NCBI GenBank assembly: GCA_030265395.1
Contig: JARFYF010000029.1
Coordinates: 25,027,297 to 25,091,296 of the forward strand
Length of the DNA stretch: 64,000 nucleotides
Source of the DNA: Rhina ancylostomus
Lineage: Eukaryota
Direction of reading: 5' to 3'
Below, piece after piece: positions 36,605-50,037 of the stretch. The notes beneath the pieces are model-generated. The model saw only the letters and a list, made by a program, of their open reading frames with translations, was not told the DNA's origin and searched no databases. The position numbers and the translations under genes are program-made. Numbering within the stretch: position 1 is the stretch's first letter; each line of letters starts with the position of its first letter.

Positions 36605-36760
36605 ATCACAGAATCGTACAGCATGGAAATGGACCCTTTCAGCCAAGCTTGCCCATGCTGACAGTGATGCTATCTATGCTAATTCCTATTTGCCTGCACT
36701 GGGCTCATATCCCTCTATGCCTTTCCTATCTAAGTTTCTGTCCAAATGACATTTTCAAAT
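36605..36760 (-). mobile_element. CR1 3' tail fragment
   Basis: acagcatggaaatggaccc...atatccctctatgcctttcctatc is homologous to the 62.1-kb copy. Confidence 0.7.
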
Positions 36761-36954
36761 TATTAAACTGAAGACTGCAAAATATGAATAAAATTGGATT
36801 AATTTGGAGGATTATTAATGATGAAACCAAAATAAAATATCATACAAGCCTAATTTCCAATAATACAAAATGTGCCTTTCACATTCCAAAATCGTTAATT
36901 TAAAAGAGCTGGAATTTGTAACAACTAGAAAATAAGTATTTTACTTCTTAATCA

Positions 36955-37050
36955 AAAACAGAAATGCTGCTTGACTGGCTGATTTCTAACAGCATCTGTG
37001 GAAAGTGAAACCAATCAGCGTTTTAGGTCAGTAACACTTCCTCAGGCCTG
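36955..37050 (-). repeat. Penelope-associated terminal repeat fragment
   Basis: aaaacagaaatgctg...cagcatctgtgga...ttttaggtc. Confidence 0.55.
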
Positions 37051-38164
37051 GGGAGAGTGGAGGGTTTACATTTTTCAAAGCAAAGCAGTGGGGAGGTGTA
37101 AGACAAAGGATAGGTTAAAATGGATCAAGTGATAAGGAGAGTGAGTACTGACTGTTAGCAAGACATTTTAAAGAAATGGGGTGAGAAAGGGACACCTTTT
37201 TTAATCTTTCCAGGCTAAAATTTTTCTTTCACTCACTACCACATTTAGATATGGACTTTTTATATTTAACAGTGTTTCACAATAACTGCAAACTGCTGAA
37301 ATTAATTACACATGGAACATTTTGAACCAATTAACTAAAATAATCCAGTATTACTTGTCTATTTAAAGTAAACTATTGTAGCATTACAGGTAATTGCGTT
37401 AGGTTAGAAAGCACAAGAAGATCGATTAATGAACACCATGTGGATCCTAGCAAGTCGTTTAGAAATCTAAACTGATTAAGGTAATTGTATAAAACATTTG
37501 CAAACTCTGAGTTGAAAATGGTTTCATTACAATGGAATAAAGCAGTGATTAGTGAACAGTACACAGTTTGCAACATTGGAGCTGGACTTGTTTCCAACCA
37601 TATTCCATATCATATAGTAAATTAAGAATTTTTTTTGAAATAAAAGTTTAAAAAGTGTGATTCACAGCGAAATATATTAGAATGTTTTCAAAGTCGGGGC
37701 ATCAGCTAAATAATACAGAAAAAAACAGCAGTTTGCAAGAATGGGTTCTCTACTAATGTGGTGTTAGCACAGTGAGAATGAAAATCTGTCACCACGAGTG
37801 CATTGAACTGTTTGGTTAATCTTGTTACACTCTGATTTGTGCTGAAATTTCATGATTAGTTATTTTGGTGAAATGACAATTTAAGGAGCGCAACTCAAGA
37901 CTGACACATAATGTGATACAATTACTTTTTTAACAGTATATGACAAAAACAAGGCTCTGGTGACATAAGTGCCATAAGGGTTAATTTTAAAATCATTTGA
38001 AATGCCACATACTTTCTATATTTTAGATTGATGAAAAAAAAGTGTTAGATATGAATTTATTACTACTCATTTATGAAATTTATCTGCAAGTAATTTAATG
38101 GTTCAAAGACTTTTTAGCAATTATCTCTTAAAGAAAGAACTTTTCATGATCTCAGGGCATTCTA

Positions 38165-38298
38165 AACAGTTCCGATGAAGGGTCCCAGTTTCAAAATGTT
38201 AACTACTTCCCCTTCCACAGATGCTGCCCAACATGCTGCGTGTTTCAGCATTTTCTGTTTTTGTTTCAGATTTCCAGCATTTGCAGTTCTGTTGATTT
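38165..38298 (+). repeat. Penelope-associated terminal repeat
   Basis: gttccgatgaagggtc...ccacagatgctgccc...tttcagatttccagcatttgcag. Confidence 0.7.
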
Positions 38299-38319
38299 TC
38301 ATTCCAAAGCAATTTACAA

Positions 38320-38630
38320 TCAGCAGTACTTCAGAAATGTAGTCACTGCTGTAATGGGAAAAAAACATGTGGCACGGTCACACAAACAGCAGTGCAATAA
38401 TAGCCAAATAATCTGTTTTCCATGTTGTTGATCAAGTAACAAATATTTGTCAATGCTCTTTTACATCCATCTGATAGAATATTTAATGTCACACTGTAAA
38501 GATGGCACATCCAACGTTCCTGCAATACTGCTTTGCAATGCCGTTCTAGATTTTGTGCTCAGATCTTGAAGTGGGTCTTGAATCCACAGCCTTCTGACTT
38601 AGAGACGTGTATACCAGTGAGCGATACCTG
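38320..38630 (-). mobile_element. Deu-domain tRNA-derived SINE (SacSINE1-like)
   Basis: gtacttcagaaatgtagtcactgctgtaatg...gattttgtgctcag...gggtcttgaatccacagccttctgactt (reverse-strand B box). Confidence 0.7.
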
Positions 38631-38982
38631 ACTGCAGTGATTGAAAAGCATCATCCTGCTCTGAAAGAAACATCTAATATGCACTCAGTTTTAGCTCAGA
38701 ACTGTGTTTGCTATGCATAGAAATGCTATGAGAGAAATTCTGTTGTCATTATTAATGCAATATTTTTTCTTTAATTTCCAATGAAATTTAGCTTTATTTA
38801 AACTTATTCCATCATGCCTCTTAAAACTTTATCAACAATATAAATGGGCTTCTTAGAACTTTAACAAAGTTATAAAATTATTGAAGCTTCTATTTGCAGT
38901 TCATTATTTATAAGGCAGAGAAGGGATGCAACTTGCTTTTGAGAGTTGATTAAATGTTTTCAGTTAATTGTTAGATCTAAAT

Positions 38983-39347
38983 GGTAAAATTCCTCATCTA
39001 AATGCTGGAAGGTAATTCTGCAAAGTGATTTGCTTACTTTGTGCATTTCTATTTGATGTTAGTGATTTTCATTGTTACAAATTAAACTTTCTTTATTAAA
39101 TTATCATCAAGTTCCAGGAGAATTCATGGAGGCTTAAGAGGATAAAAGAAAGTGTACAATGCATTCTTTTCAATAACATTACGTCAGCAACTTGCCATTC
39201 TTCTTGAAAACTGTTCCTTTTATAACAATAATTTCATAAAGAAAGTTTAATTTGAAACAATGAAAATCACTAACATCAAGTAGAAATACACAAAGTAAAA
39301 AGTCACTTTGCAGAATTACCTTCCAGCATTAGATAAGGAATTTGACC
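38983..39347. repeat. Long inverted repeat, arms 38983-39104 and 39228-39347
   Basis: The arms are reverse complements over ~120 bp with about 8 mismatches and 2 single-base indels by manual alignment; spacer is 123 bp. Confidence 0.92.
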
Positions 39348-39619
39348 CAAATTTATTAACCATCTAAGGTTGACTATTAACAAAATGAAGAATAATGGAA
39401 ATGAAAGATGATTATCATTAAAATCATTTATGTACATTTCAAAACTCATGCAAGGAATTGTTTATGTGTGGCGAGAATTCAATGCACAATATACAACAGT
39501 TATTAGACTGACATCATGCATTGAAAATCACATGATCGGTGCATTTTTAAGTGCTGTTCTCTAGTTTGAGGAAATGTAGAATATCTTCAGAAGCTATTCA
39601 TCAAATACAGCAAAAATAA

Positions 39620-40520
39620 TTCCCAGGATCAAAGAAGGGAGAAGGGTTTGGCAAAAACACTGGTCATTTGACCCACTGTGACAGCTCTTTGGTAGAGCTG
39701 TTCAATTCATCTTAATCCCCTGCCCTTTTCCCATCCTTCTGTAATATTTATCAAATTATCTTTAAATGTTAATAGTTTCCTTTTATCTACCACAGTACAT
39801 TCCAGACAGCGACAACTCTCTGTATAATGTTTTTGTTGTTGTTTCTAGTTCTTTAGCCTTATATTTTCTTTACCGAATTGTCCTTTATCAAAATTGCTGA
39901 TGGTTTTGAATATCTTATCAAATCTCCCCTTAATTTTCAGTGCTCTGAAGAGAATAACCACCGGTCTCTAGTATTTCAACATAACCAAACTCCTTTTTCA
40001 TAGGTGCCATTCTTATAAGTCTCCTCTGCACCTTCTTAAAGTTTGGTGCCCAGAATTTAACATAATACTCAAGATGAGGCTCAAGTAATTATATAAAGAT
40101 TCAACGTAAATGTTTTTTCTATTTTTTTATTAATGAAGCTAAGGATTCCTTTTGCTTAGTTAACACTCTTCTTAACTTGTCCTGCCATATAAAGTTCTGC
40201 ACATACACCAGGTGTTGCTGCTCCTGTGATCTCCTTAATATTACACTATCTAGTTCATACTGCTCCCCCCACCTTCATGTTTCCTACCAAAATTCAGTCC
40301 TCTCAGTGTTAAATTCGAACAGCCCACTTCACCGGTCTGCTAATATGCTCCTGAACTCCCTTACTATACTTTTCAGCATTTACTGTATTTCTAAATTTTG
40401 TATCATCTGCAGACTTTGAATGATATTATATTTTTATATCCACATCCTGATCATTAATATATAAAACAAAGGTGTTTCCTCTCATTGACTCCAGGGAACA
40501 TTGTCTAATATCTTCCTCCA
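39620..40520 (-). mobile_element. Old CR1 LINE remnant
   Basis: CR1-like segments (atcaaatctccccttaa, ggtgcccagaattt, gtatcatctgcagac corresponding to FADD on the minus strand). Confidence 0.65.
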
Positions 40521-40909
40521 AACTTTGTCAATATTGTATCTATACTGACTCGGTCCTTTTAGTCTCGTAGGCTTTAAGTTAGCTATATCAACTGTGAGTA
40601 TGAAGAATTATTGAGAGATAAATAGTTTGAATCATAACCTTTCTTTTCAAAACCTCACTACTTCAAGAAAATGAAGCAGCTTTTCAAACTGGAGGAATAT
40701 CTAAGAGAATTTTGAAGTGAATGGTTACTCTCAATGGCAGAATGATAAAAATCCAGTGAGCAATGATTGGAATATATCAACAGGTTATAACAGAAATATT
40801 TTAGTTGAGTTACTGAGTTGTAAATTAAAACTTGTGAAAAAACTAAAGTTATCAGACATTTACACTTTTAGAATATTTTAATTCAGTAATTATTTTCACT
40901 AAGAATGCA

Positions 40910-41470
40910 TGTTGTCACTTTCATTCTCCTCCACTCTGCCTCTGCCTCTGCATCAGCTCATCACTGATGAAGACCTGATCCATGTTTTTATCCTCTCTAG
41001 ATCTGACTACTCTAATGGACTCTTGGCTCATTCTACACTCTGTAAATTTGAGGTCATCTAAAACTTCTCTGTCCCATTCCATTATTATCCCTTGCGCTTT
41101 CTGTTCTGCACTGGGTTCCAGTTAAGCAATGCCTCAAATCTAAATTTGTGTTGTATTCAAATACCTCCAACATTTTCCCCCCTTCTTCTATCTGTGAGCA
41201 CCTCCTGTGCTTGTCGTTACTCATTCTTCCAATTTTGAACTCCAATCACCCTTGAATTAATTGTTCTACAATTAACAGCTGTGCCTTCAGTTGCTGTGCT
41301 CTGGAATTCCATTTTCAAACCTCTCTACCTCCCTTTCCTTGAAGCACTTCTTGAAGTCTACATCCTTCACTAAGCTTGTAGTCATTTTCTTTAATACCTT
41401 TTTAATGTCAAATTTATTTCAAAATGCTCTTCAGGTATTTTGCTACATTAAAGTAATGATCCAAACAAAT
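40910..41470 (+). mobile_element. L2-clade LINE 3' remnant
   Basis: Reads LIHVFILSRSDYSNGLLA...LHWVPVKQCLKSK, similar to the L2 motif LIHAFVTSRLDYxNxLL...LHWLPV. Confidence 0.75.
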
Positions 41471-42639
41471 GCTCTTTTTTGTTGTATTAGATTTGTTAAA
41501 TAGCAAAATTATATGTAAGTATTTTGAATTGTTAAATCAGTAAATGTTTTTCAAGGAAAAGTAGCAAATAAAATGATCATTTTAAGAATACATTTCAGAA
41601 TGGCAGACAACTCGATAATATAAAAAGGTTCACTGCATTACAATTTAAATTGATGATTAAGAATACTGGGTGGCACAACATCTTTTGAATTACCTTAGCC
41701 CTTTGACCTTAGCTGAAATTGAGAGGCAAAAATTAATGGTCTCCTTTCTTTGAAGCAACATATTGCCCATGCGTTAAATGATAGATCAGTTTTCCTAGGG
41801 ATACCTATACCAATCCAAATCTAAGTAGATTCAGCACAATTTGGTACTAATCTGGCAATCTCATTCTGAAATCTCAAGCAGTTTCCTTTATCTGGAAGAT
41901 AACAATGGCATAAAAGAATTTGAATTTGTGCAGATTCTTTTATATTGTAAAATAGTCCAAGACACTTCTTAAAGATGAACATGGTCTGAACAACATTTGG
42001 GAAAATTGATTGGATATGAGAAGCTGAGCCTTGAACGAGTTGATGCTTTCACAGAGTGGACACCAGGTAAGGTATAATATACCTGGAATATGGTTGACAC
42101 TGCCAACATGTAAAAGAGACAAACATAGTTTCCACTCCATAATTCTCAATATGATAAACAATTTAATTGCACGGCATCCATTTTAGGTTTTAAGCAGTTA
42201 AGAAACATGTTCGGTGAGCAGGAAGCATGCACTGAATGTCTGCCATACTCCAGACTGGATTGGGTTCCTCCATGCTGGGTGCCAGAACTATTTGGAAAAC
42301 CCATTCTCAGATGAAAATAATTGGCCCACATTAGACGCCGGATCCTTCTGTGATATATCTCTCTCTCGGAGTCTGACCTACCATGTGATAACTTGCCCAG
42401 TATCTCAAGTCATTAACAATTCATTAAGAACAGGGCAGAAGCATTATTTTAAGAGCACACTCCTCCACACATTTTAAGTTCTCAGTTGTCCACTTGGGCT
42501 TCTTGCTATTACTGCTTCCTGCATTCCACCAATAAATTTGAACTTTTTGAAGTCTTTGGTTGTTGCCAAAGTGCTTATGATTTCCTTTGAAGACGTTATT
42601 CCAGCTTTGTGTTGTGTGATGTTGATGCCTTTCGGGCTG

Positions 42640-43100
42640 GGATAGGGTATCAAACAGCAGGGACAGAAGGAGTGTGCTGGAGCAGCTCTGAGTAGAGGAA
42701 GGAGAGGGCACTGTGCAGCATATGCATACAGCAAGCATTCAGGAAGTATGCCACATACCTTAGCTTCACCCAGGAGCAGGGTGAAACGCCAGCACTTTAC
42801 AAAGCTGTCACTGAGTTCATCCAGGGCTGCCACAGCTGGATCCTCAGCTGTAACCATCAAGGTCACCATAACCCTTTACCTTTTATTGTCTGAAACAACA
42901 ACATGAATTATGTCACTTTCATTGCCCAACTTATACACAAGGTGACAGGTTCCCATGCTGAAGGTGACAGGCTCTGGGGAACACATGCATCACATTCCCT
43001 ACGGACAGTATATTGTAGAATTAACATGTCCACTATTGCAGGCCTCCCTGGGGTCCAAAGTGCCATGAAGTTTGCCAACTTTGCCTTTGTATCTGTATTA
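42640..43100 (+). mobile_element. Second Harbinger transposase remnant (N-terminal part)
   Basis: FRKYATYLSFTQEQ, AVTIKVTITL and STIAGLPGVQSAM match the HARBI1-type N-terminal motifs also seen at 21 kb. Confidence 0.6.
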
Positions 43101-43269
43101 CCAGTCAGGACTCTTCATAAATAGAAAGTGAATAAGCAATATATGTGACCACAGGCTGTGTGTCTTGCAGGTCAATGCCTGGCTTTCAGCAACTAACACT
43201 AGTTATCTGTAATGCACCAATACCTGTACTACAGCCAGATTGCCAAGTCGAAGGCCAGCTAGTGTAGCT

Positions 43270-43620
43270 ACAGTAGCTACAGTACTGAACTGGTAATCCA
43301 GACGTCAGGTAAAATGATCAAGAAGCATGAATTCACATCTCCCCACAATGCCTGAAAAATATAAATACAGTTCATTAAATAAATCTGAAATTTACAAGTC
43401 AGTAAAGTTAACCATGAAAGTAGATTAGCGTTCTATTCCCCTTCAGGCAAGGAAATATGCCATCCTTATCCGGTCTAATCAACTCTAAACCCATAAGGAG
43501 AGCTTGTTTCTATGCAGTATCTCCCTATGACTCTAAGTACTGGGTACCTGCCCATTAAAACAAAGTACCAGCTTGAATGCAATGCACCCAGGTAAACCGG
43601 CCTAAGTAGTGCATGTCTGA
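43270..43620 (+). mobile_element. tRNA-derived SINE, same family as 15055-15730
   Basis: actggtaatccagac...aaataaatctgaaattt...ccttcaggcaaggaaatatgccatcctta. Confidence 0.55.
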
Positions 43621-43919
43621 TGCCTATTTTCAGGAATGGTTGAACCTCTATATTATACCTTGAATATTTATTTAAAATAAACAAAACTAAATTATATCAA
43701 GCTTGATAAATCAGTTGGTGGATATCATAAGCTGTTACACCTGTTGCACGCTTACAAGGATAATTTTCTGGATTCAGTAGTGTTTAGGGATGTGCTTCAA
43801 ACAGAATACTCAAAACACCCTTTCCTGTAACCGTTTTTTTCTTCTACATGAAAGTTAAGTTCTGTATTTAATTTTGAAATGTTTTTTTCCCAGAGATGCC
43901 TGGCAGATTATTAGTGAAT

Positions 43920-43934
43920 CCAGGAGATGGCGCC
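43920..43934 (+). promoter_or_regulatory. CTCF motif
   Basis: CCAGGAGATGGCGCC closely matches the CTCF core consensus CCASYAGRKGGCRS. Confidence 0.5.
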
Positions 43935-45179
43935 AAAGAACTAATAACATCTGTGAAAATGACAAGATCAATGGATTATAATATTTACTCTTCTAAATTT
44001 AGGAAATTAATTATATATTGACAGCTGTTGCCCATAAATAATATTTGACAGAATTTCATTATTATTCAATCATTAGGAATTATACTAAAGGATATATTAA
44101 TAACTCTACCTCTGCCACAATTTTAACTGTAAGACATATTTGCAGCAACTGCTTACCTTGCATTACAGAGCTGACATTGTTGTTTATCAGCAAACACCAC
44201 TAAAGTAAGCAGCACAATGAAAAAGTAGATATTAAAGCAACTTTGTCAAACTTGGGAAATAGAGCAAACATATGGGAAAAAATATTACCTCAATGCCAGA
44301 TAATAAGCAAATGTGCTCTTTTTCATTGTGCAAGTCTACTCTCCAGTGTTTTGTCGGGACAGTATGTTGTGATGTAATTGCAGTTTGTAAAACCTAACCC
44401 AAGAAATAGATGATATGCAACTCGTTATTGTTCAAATCCCATCAGAAACAAACCTTTTTGCTGCCTCCAGCACTTCTGATTATAAAATACAGTATTCAGA
44501 CATCAAATTATATGTATATGATAAATGGAGAAGGCAGAATTCGTCACGGGTTGTTATGCCATGCAAAATCAGTTATCCTACCAATCGATGATGCAAGATC
44601 AGAGAGCATATGAATATCACTTGAATTAGCTTATCTTTGCAATGAATGTTTCTCATTGTAAACCACCACATTAACGTGTATCCTGCTTATGCAGCAGGCA
44701 CTTACACACAGATGAATTGTCCCCTATGGAAAAGGAAAGGATTTCAGAGCACTGCATTCCGCAGTATCATTGGAACTTCCTTTTTTTTCCATGCTACCAC
44801 CTTCAGCTGTAAAAAGCCGCAGATGTAAATTGGACAAATCCCGGGTAATACAGAAAGCTGTGGGTATCGTGGATCACAGCAAATCCAGAGGAGACCGACT
44901 CGGCAGAGCTTTCTTTGAAAATAAAGAAAGGATCTAGGGATAAGAAACCTGCTGAAAGTAAACACTCCAGTCTGTAAAGGAAGTGCTTTGCTTGCAAGTG
45001 CCACCTCCTTGACATCTGAATTCCCTCCAGATAATGTTGCAAGAAGCTTCAACTCTCCCCTTACACTGGGCAGCAGAGGCTACCTGTTCTCTAGAGCTCC
45101 CTGTTACAGTCTCTGTATCTTGGTGCATCCATCACCACAGCCTGGGAAACCAACTTCTCCTTGGCAGTTTCACCTCCTT

Positions 45180-46360
45180 TTTAGAATATTCATTTCTGGG
45201 AAGTGATAAACAAGGCCAGCACTTACTACTTACCTTGAATTGCCCTTGAGAAAGTGGAGACAGACTACTTTCTTCAATGCTGCAGTCCACACATTGGCAA
45301 TACTCACAGTGATATGCTGGTACTGTTATGAAGGGAATTCCAAGACCTTAAACTCAGAATAAGTTGTTTCCTGTAAGTTCATAATGTGTCAAGCTCAAAT
45401 AAGTTCTCAACTCTCCTGTATTCATTTTTGCCTGGCTTATATTAAGCTAGTACAACAAATGGATGCCCAGAATTTGCTACAATTCCCAAGTCTTCTTTGG
45501 ACAGGAAAACAGGGGCAGCTTTGCTGAGAATTTCAGACAACTGCTGGGGATCTCACAACAAAAGAGCTCTGGCGGCTCCTGATTAATAGAGTGCAGGGGA
45601 TGTATCTAACAGGAAGAAGAGGAAGCCTTCAAGTAGGTTCCACCACTCAGCTGGATCAACACTGAATTTCACTCTATTTACTGACATTACTTCTGTAACC
45701 CTTCAATTGCTTGCTGAACAAAAAATCAGCAATTTCAGTTTCTAAAATTTAAACTGACACCCTCAATCTAAACAGCTGGCTTGGGGAAAAGCATTCCAAG
45801 TTTCCATTTCCGTTTGTGTAAACAAGTTCTCTTCACTGAGATCCCTGCCTGGCCTGGATCTAACATGAAGGCCACATCCCATAGATTTGGACTCTCCTGC
45901 AGGTAGAAATGTTTCTTTGTCTCCACTATCAATCTTTAATTATTGTGAATAGTTCACTAGGTTCTCTCTTTTCTCTTCCATTCTGTTTAACTGTCCTCAG
46001 AATTTAACACTTTAGGCTCTGGTGGTATCTTGCTCTTAGCCACCTTTTAGAAATATCGTGCCCAGAACTGAAAGGAGTTTATCCAGCATTCTGCAGGACT
46101 GTGTCACCACTCTCTCCCATTTACAATTCAGTCTTCTTGAGATAAATGTTACATTCTATTAGTTGTCTTAATCAATTGTATTCCTGTCCACGAAGTGATT
46201 TCTGGATTTAGCCCCATACTCTTCATTGTTGATGCACAGTTCCTATATTCCTAGTAGATGAAAATACTTTGAACCACATTGAATAACCTGAGTTTCCCAC
46301 ATCGAAATCCATTCACAACAATTTTGTCCACTCACTCAATCTGGCCACAAATGCCATTGT
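45180..46360 (-). mobile_element. Decayed CR1-type LINE fragments
   Basis: ggccagcactta...aattgcccttgagaa tail (reverse counterpart of the 57.8-kb end) and degenerate CR1 segments at 45650-46360. Confidence 0.5.
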
Positions 46361-49300
46361 TCTTTGCAGCAGCTTTGAGGCTAGCAGCCCATTACAGCAC
46401 CATGCTGCCTGTCAGAATATGCAATTGAAAGCACTTTCAAATATCCCTGCCTTGAAAATTATTTCTAAATCCCTTTTACAACGTAGAGTAGCCAAAGGAG
46501 TTAGCGGAATTGTGTTTCTACAGGCTGACATCCAGTAGGTGGTAGACAGAGGTTAGAAGGTTCTACTTGGATGATCAGTTCACACGCTGGCACCTGGAGT
46601 GCTTGAAAGATGCTTTCTTGACAAGACTGAAATGAGGATAATTTGTAGTGGAATAGAATTTTATAAAATAACTTTTTTTTCCACATATATTCCTAAATTG
46701 TCTAAATCAGCTTCTTTGTCCTGGCAGTTCCTACAAGGAACACTTCCATGACCTGCCAAAGTATGTGGGAGAGCAGTCAGCAGGGAACAATATTTCTCTT
46801 CTACTTTGGAGGAGAAATGCGCCGACTCTCCGCCTGACGCACCAATGATTCCTCCTCGCTGAATCACAGACAACAAGCTGCACCCCGCCAGTGTGGCTCT
46901 GGTTGAAGCACAGCTATGTTACCCTGGCAAAATGAATGGTCGAAATCGTGAAACAGAACACGCTGTTAACGTTTTCATAGGGATTGCAAACTGCCTCCAA
47001 CAATTCCTTGCCATAATTATGGAAATGATACTTCAACAGATAAAATAGAGGAAACATTAAACTGTTTGACACCAATACTGCAACTATATCCAAAGTCTTC
47101 AGTCAAACGCGCATTTTAAGCCTTATCGCTGGCGAGTAGGAACGGAGAAGTTAGTGCAGATGAAATATTTATTATGCAGTAATACGATTCACTGTTACAT
47201 TTCGGCACAATTTATAGGCTTGATTGCGTTTGCCAAAATAAAATATTCTATACACAGACAAAACAATATACAGCGCTCATGTCTCTCACTGAAAATCAAG
47301 ATCGCTTTAATCATCTGAAAATAAGCAGCCGATCCAGAAATGTACACAAGCGTACACAAAATAGGTTACAATACTTGGGAACAGGACGGGATTTAAAACT
47401 ATGGGTGTTTGAAGCAAACATTTTAAGCTGTTTTTGGACGCGGGTTTAAGTGAAATGGGATGTTGGTGCCTTGTCGGCACGTCTGTGGCAGTTCGCCTTC
47501 GGGAAAGCCCACTTGTTGAGCTGAGAATGACCTCTGTTCCCCAGCCACAGACATCCCACAGGCCGTCTCCACGTCGCAGCGCTTAATCACACTGGAACCG
47601 TGAACACAGTCAGCCTCTTCTACCTTTTAACTGGACCACGAGGAAAGTCTATCTCCAATATATCGATAATTAGACAATTAGAATATTCTACCACATTTCT
47701 GGTGCCAAGTGAGAAGCATGTGTTTGCCCTCTGTACGTGCAATTACAATTCAATTAACCAATTGGCACTTGAGGCATCTTTTTGCAAAGATTTGAAGCTT
47801 GCGTTAGTTTTCGATGTTATTAATGTTGGTGCCAAGAGCGGACCAGATACATCTCAGCATTTTATCAGATGATTGAAAAGCTGTCAAGCTTGGGGGGGTT
47901 TATCCTGCAAAAGTCCCACCAAACTCCGAGTTGGTATCCATGTAAAATCCTGACCTAAGCGGAAAATGTTTCCCAGATTGTTTTCGCCGCTCAGCAAAGC
48001 GAACATTGCAAACCCAGCGTGTGTCAATCATCCGTGTGGCTTGGGGGGGAGGGGGTCCTGGGGATGGGGAGGAATTTTGTACAATAAACGATTATAATTT
48101 AACGTTAGTTTTGTGCGTGGCGAGTGCTGCTGAGAGTACAAATGTCACTCTTTACATGAGTAAGACCCTAAACCGTGGATACATTTCATTGCAAACGAGA
48201 GAAATTGTTGATCAAGATTGTACCATGTTTAACCTTTGGTTATTAGTGAGGTCAATACCGCCAATGTGTATTTTCTATATGCTGTCCGGTTTTAAAAAAA
48301 TCTAAGGTACCTTCGTTTAAAGATAGATGCTCCGTAAAACTGAACACATAGAGCGGATTATTCATGATTTCTCAAACTGGGAAGTGCTTGAACTTAATAA
48401 TTAAAATGACTGTTGATAATTATCGGGGAAATAAATCAAAACAGCAATTTAGAAATTGCAGTAATACAATCAGTTTTAGTTAAGCGCCGGGTTCTGTTGT
48501 GGCGCCTGATGCTCCATGTCACAGCTCAGTTTAGAGGTTGACTGCGTGATGTATCATAAATTCATTGGTCTGCGTAAAAAAAAACTACGGTCTTCAGTAT
48601 TTTTTTAAATTAAGAAATGAAGGTGAAGAGCGGATACCCCAGTGCGGGACCTCGCCGAGGACGGAAAGAGTGAATAGATAAGGGAAAACGGGAACCAGGG
48701 ATTAGCGGTTCCAGGGTTTGTATTTGACAATTCCAGAAGGAAGGAGAAAGTCAGAGGCAAGAGTTAGAGAAGCTCAGGCGCTGCAGAAGACCAAAAACTC
48801 TTCAACTAATAACTGAATTTCATTCTGACTTTGATCCAATGTCAGTTGAATGCTTCACATTTACAACGGCTGCATTTACTGTCCCTCTCAAAAAGTTAAA
48901 GATAGCAATAATTCCTGGCAGGTTCCCTAAAACATGTGACTCAATTCATTTGCGACAGGTGAGAAAATAACCGATACAAGAACACTTCGGCTAGATTTTT
49001 CTTTAGGTAACAAAATCGCCTCTAACATTTCATTTCTTAAGCATCGGAAACAGAGACAATATAACCGGCAAGTTATCGCCAAACACCAAATGGAAAAATA
49101 GCACTTGACTTCAGAAAGAAGTCGAGAGGTACTTTTGGGAAAACATTGACTGGCAAACATCCACCAATAAGTACCCTTTATTCGAGATCCCTTCCTCCCA
49201 TTTAAAGTTACTTCGTCATTATTTTGTCAATTTCCTACACCTGTTACCCGTGGTGTAAAGAACAAGCAAAATCGTTACAAATAAAGCCCGTGTATTTAAC

Positions 49301-50022
49301 TGGCATTTCAAACAAAACACTTCTGAAACTCAAACGACACAGGAAGGCTGGTTTAAGTGTTCTCTGGTGTAAGCACAACCAACATGTTGGTAACCCGAAA
49401 AATTATGCATAGACTCGCAAAAGTGCTTCTTTTGTCTGAGTACCACATACACGCATTATACGTCGCCATCGGCGAATTCGCTGGTGTTTTAAGAATCCCC
49501 AGGATTTATTTTACATGGTATTATGGGTTATGTTTGTAATAATTCCAAGATTTACTGGAATGTTGTTTGATTGTGCGCTACACTGCTTTAGGCTGTTTGC
49601 AGTCCTTGTCTAAAATATTTACTAAAACATTTAAAGGACACCTTTATTCAGCTGTTTACGTTATGGTCAGGCATTTAAAAGAAAGGCAACGACCTCTTTA
49701 AATCTTTTTAGTTTAACATTAATAGAAAACATACTAGAAGATTCCTCAACGATAAACTTCTGGTGCTTTAACTGCGGACGGATATTTCTTTCGCTAAAGC
49801 TTATCCTCGATCCTCTACATATGGAATCGTTAAACAAAGGCCGCATTAGATGCGCGGAGGAAGCAGTTAATCTTCGTCCGCATAATATCCTCGTTTTAAG
49901 AAAATGCCATAAAATTATGATAACACCTGTATATAAAGTATTTGTCACAGTGTTTGGTGTTTTATCTTTCAGGTGTTCCTCGGACTCGGATTCTTTCTGA
50001 ACTATTGCTATTTAATGCGCAA

Positions 50023-50037
50023 CCAGCAGATGGCACC
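50023..50037 (+). promoter_or_regulatory. CTCF motif
   Basis: CCAGCAGATGGCACC is an excellent match to the CTCF core. Confidence 0.55.
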
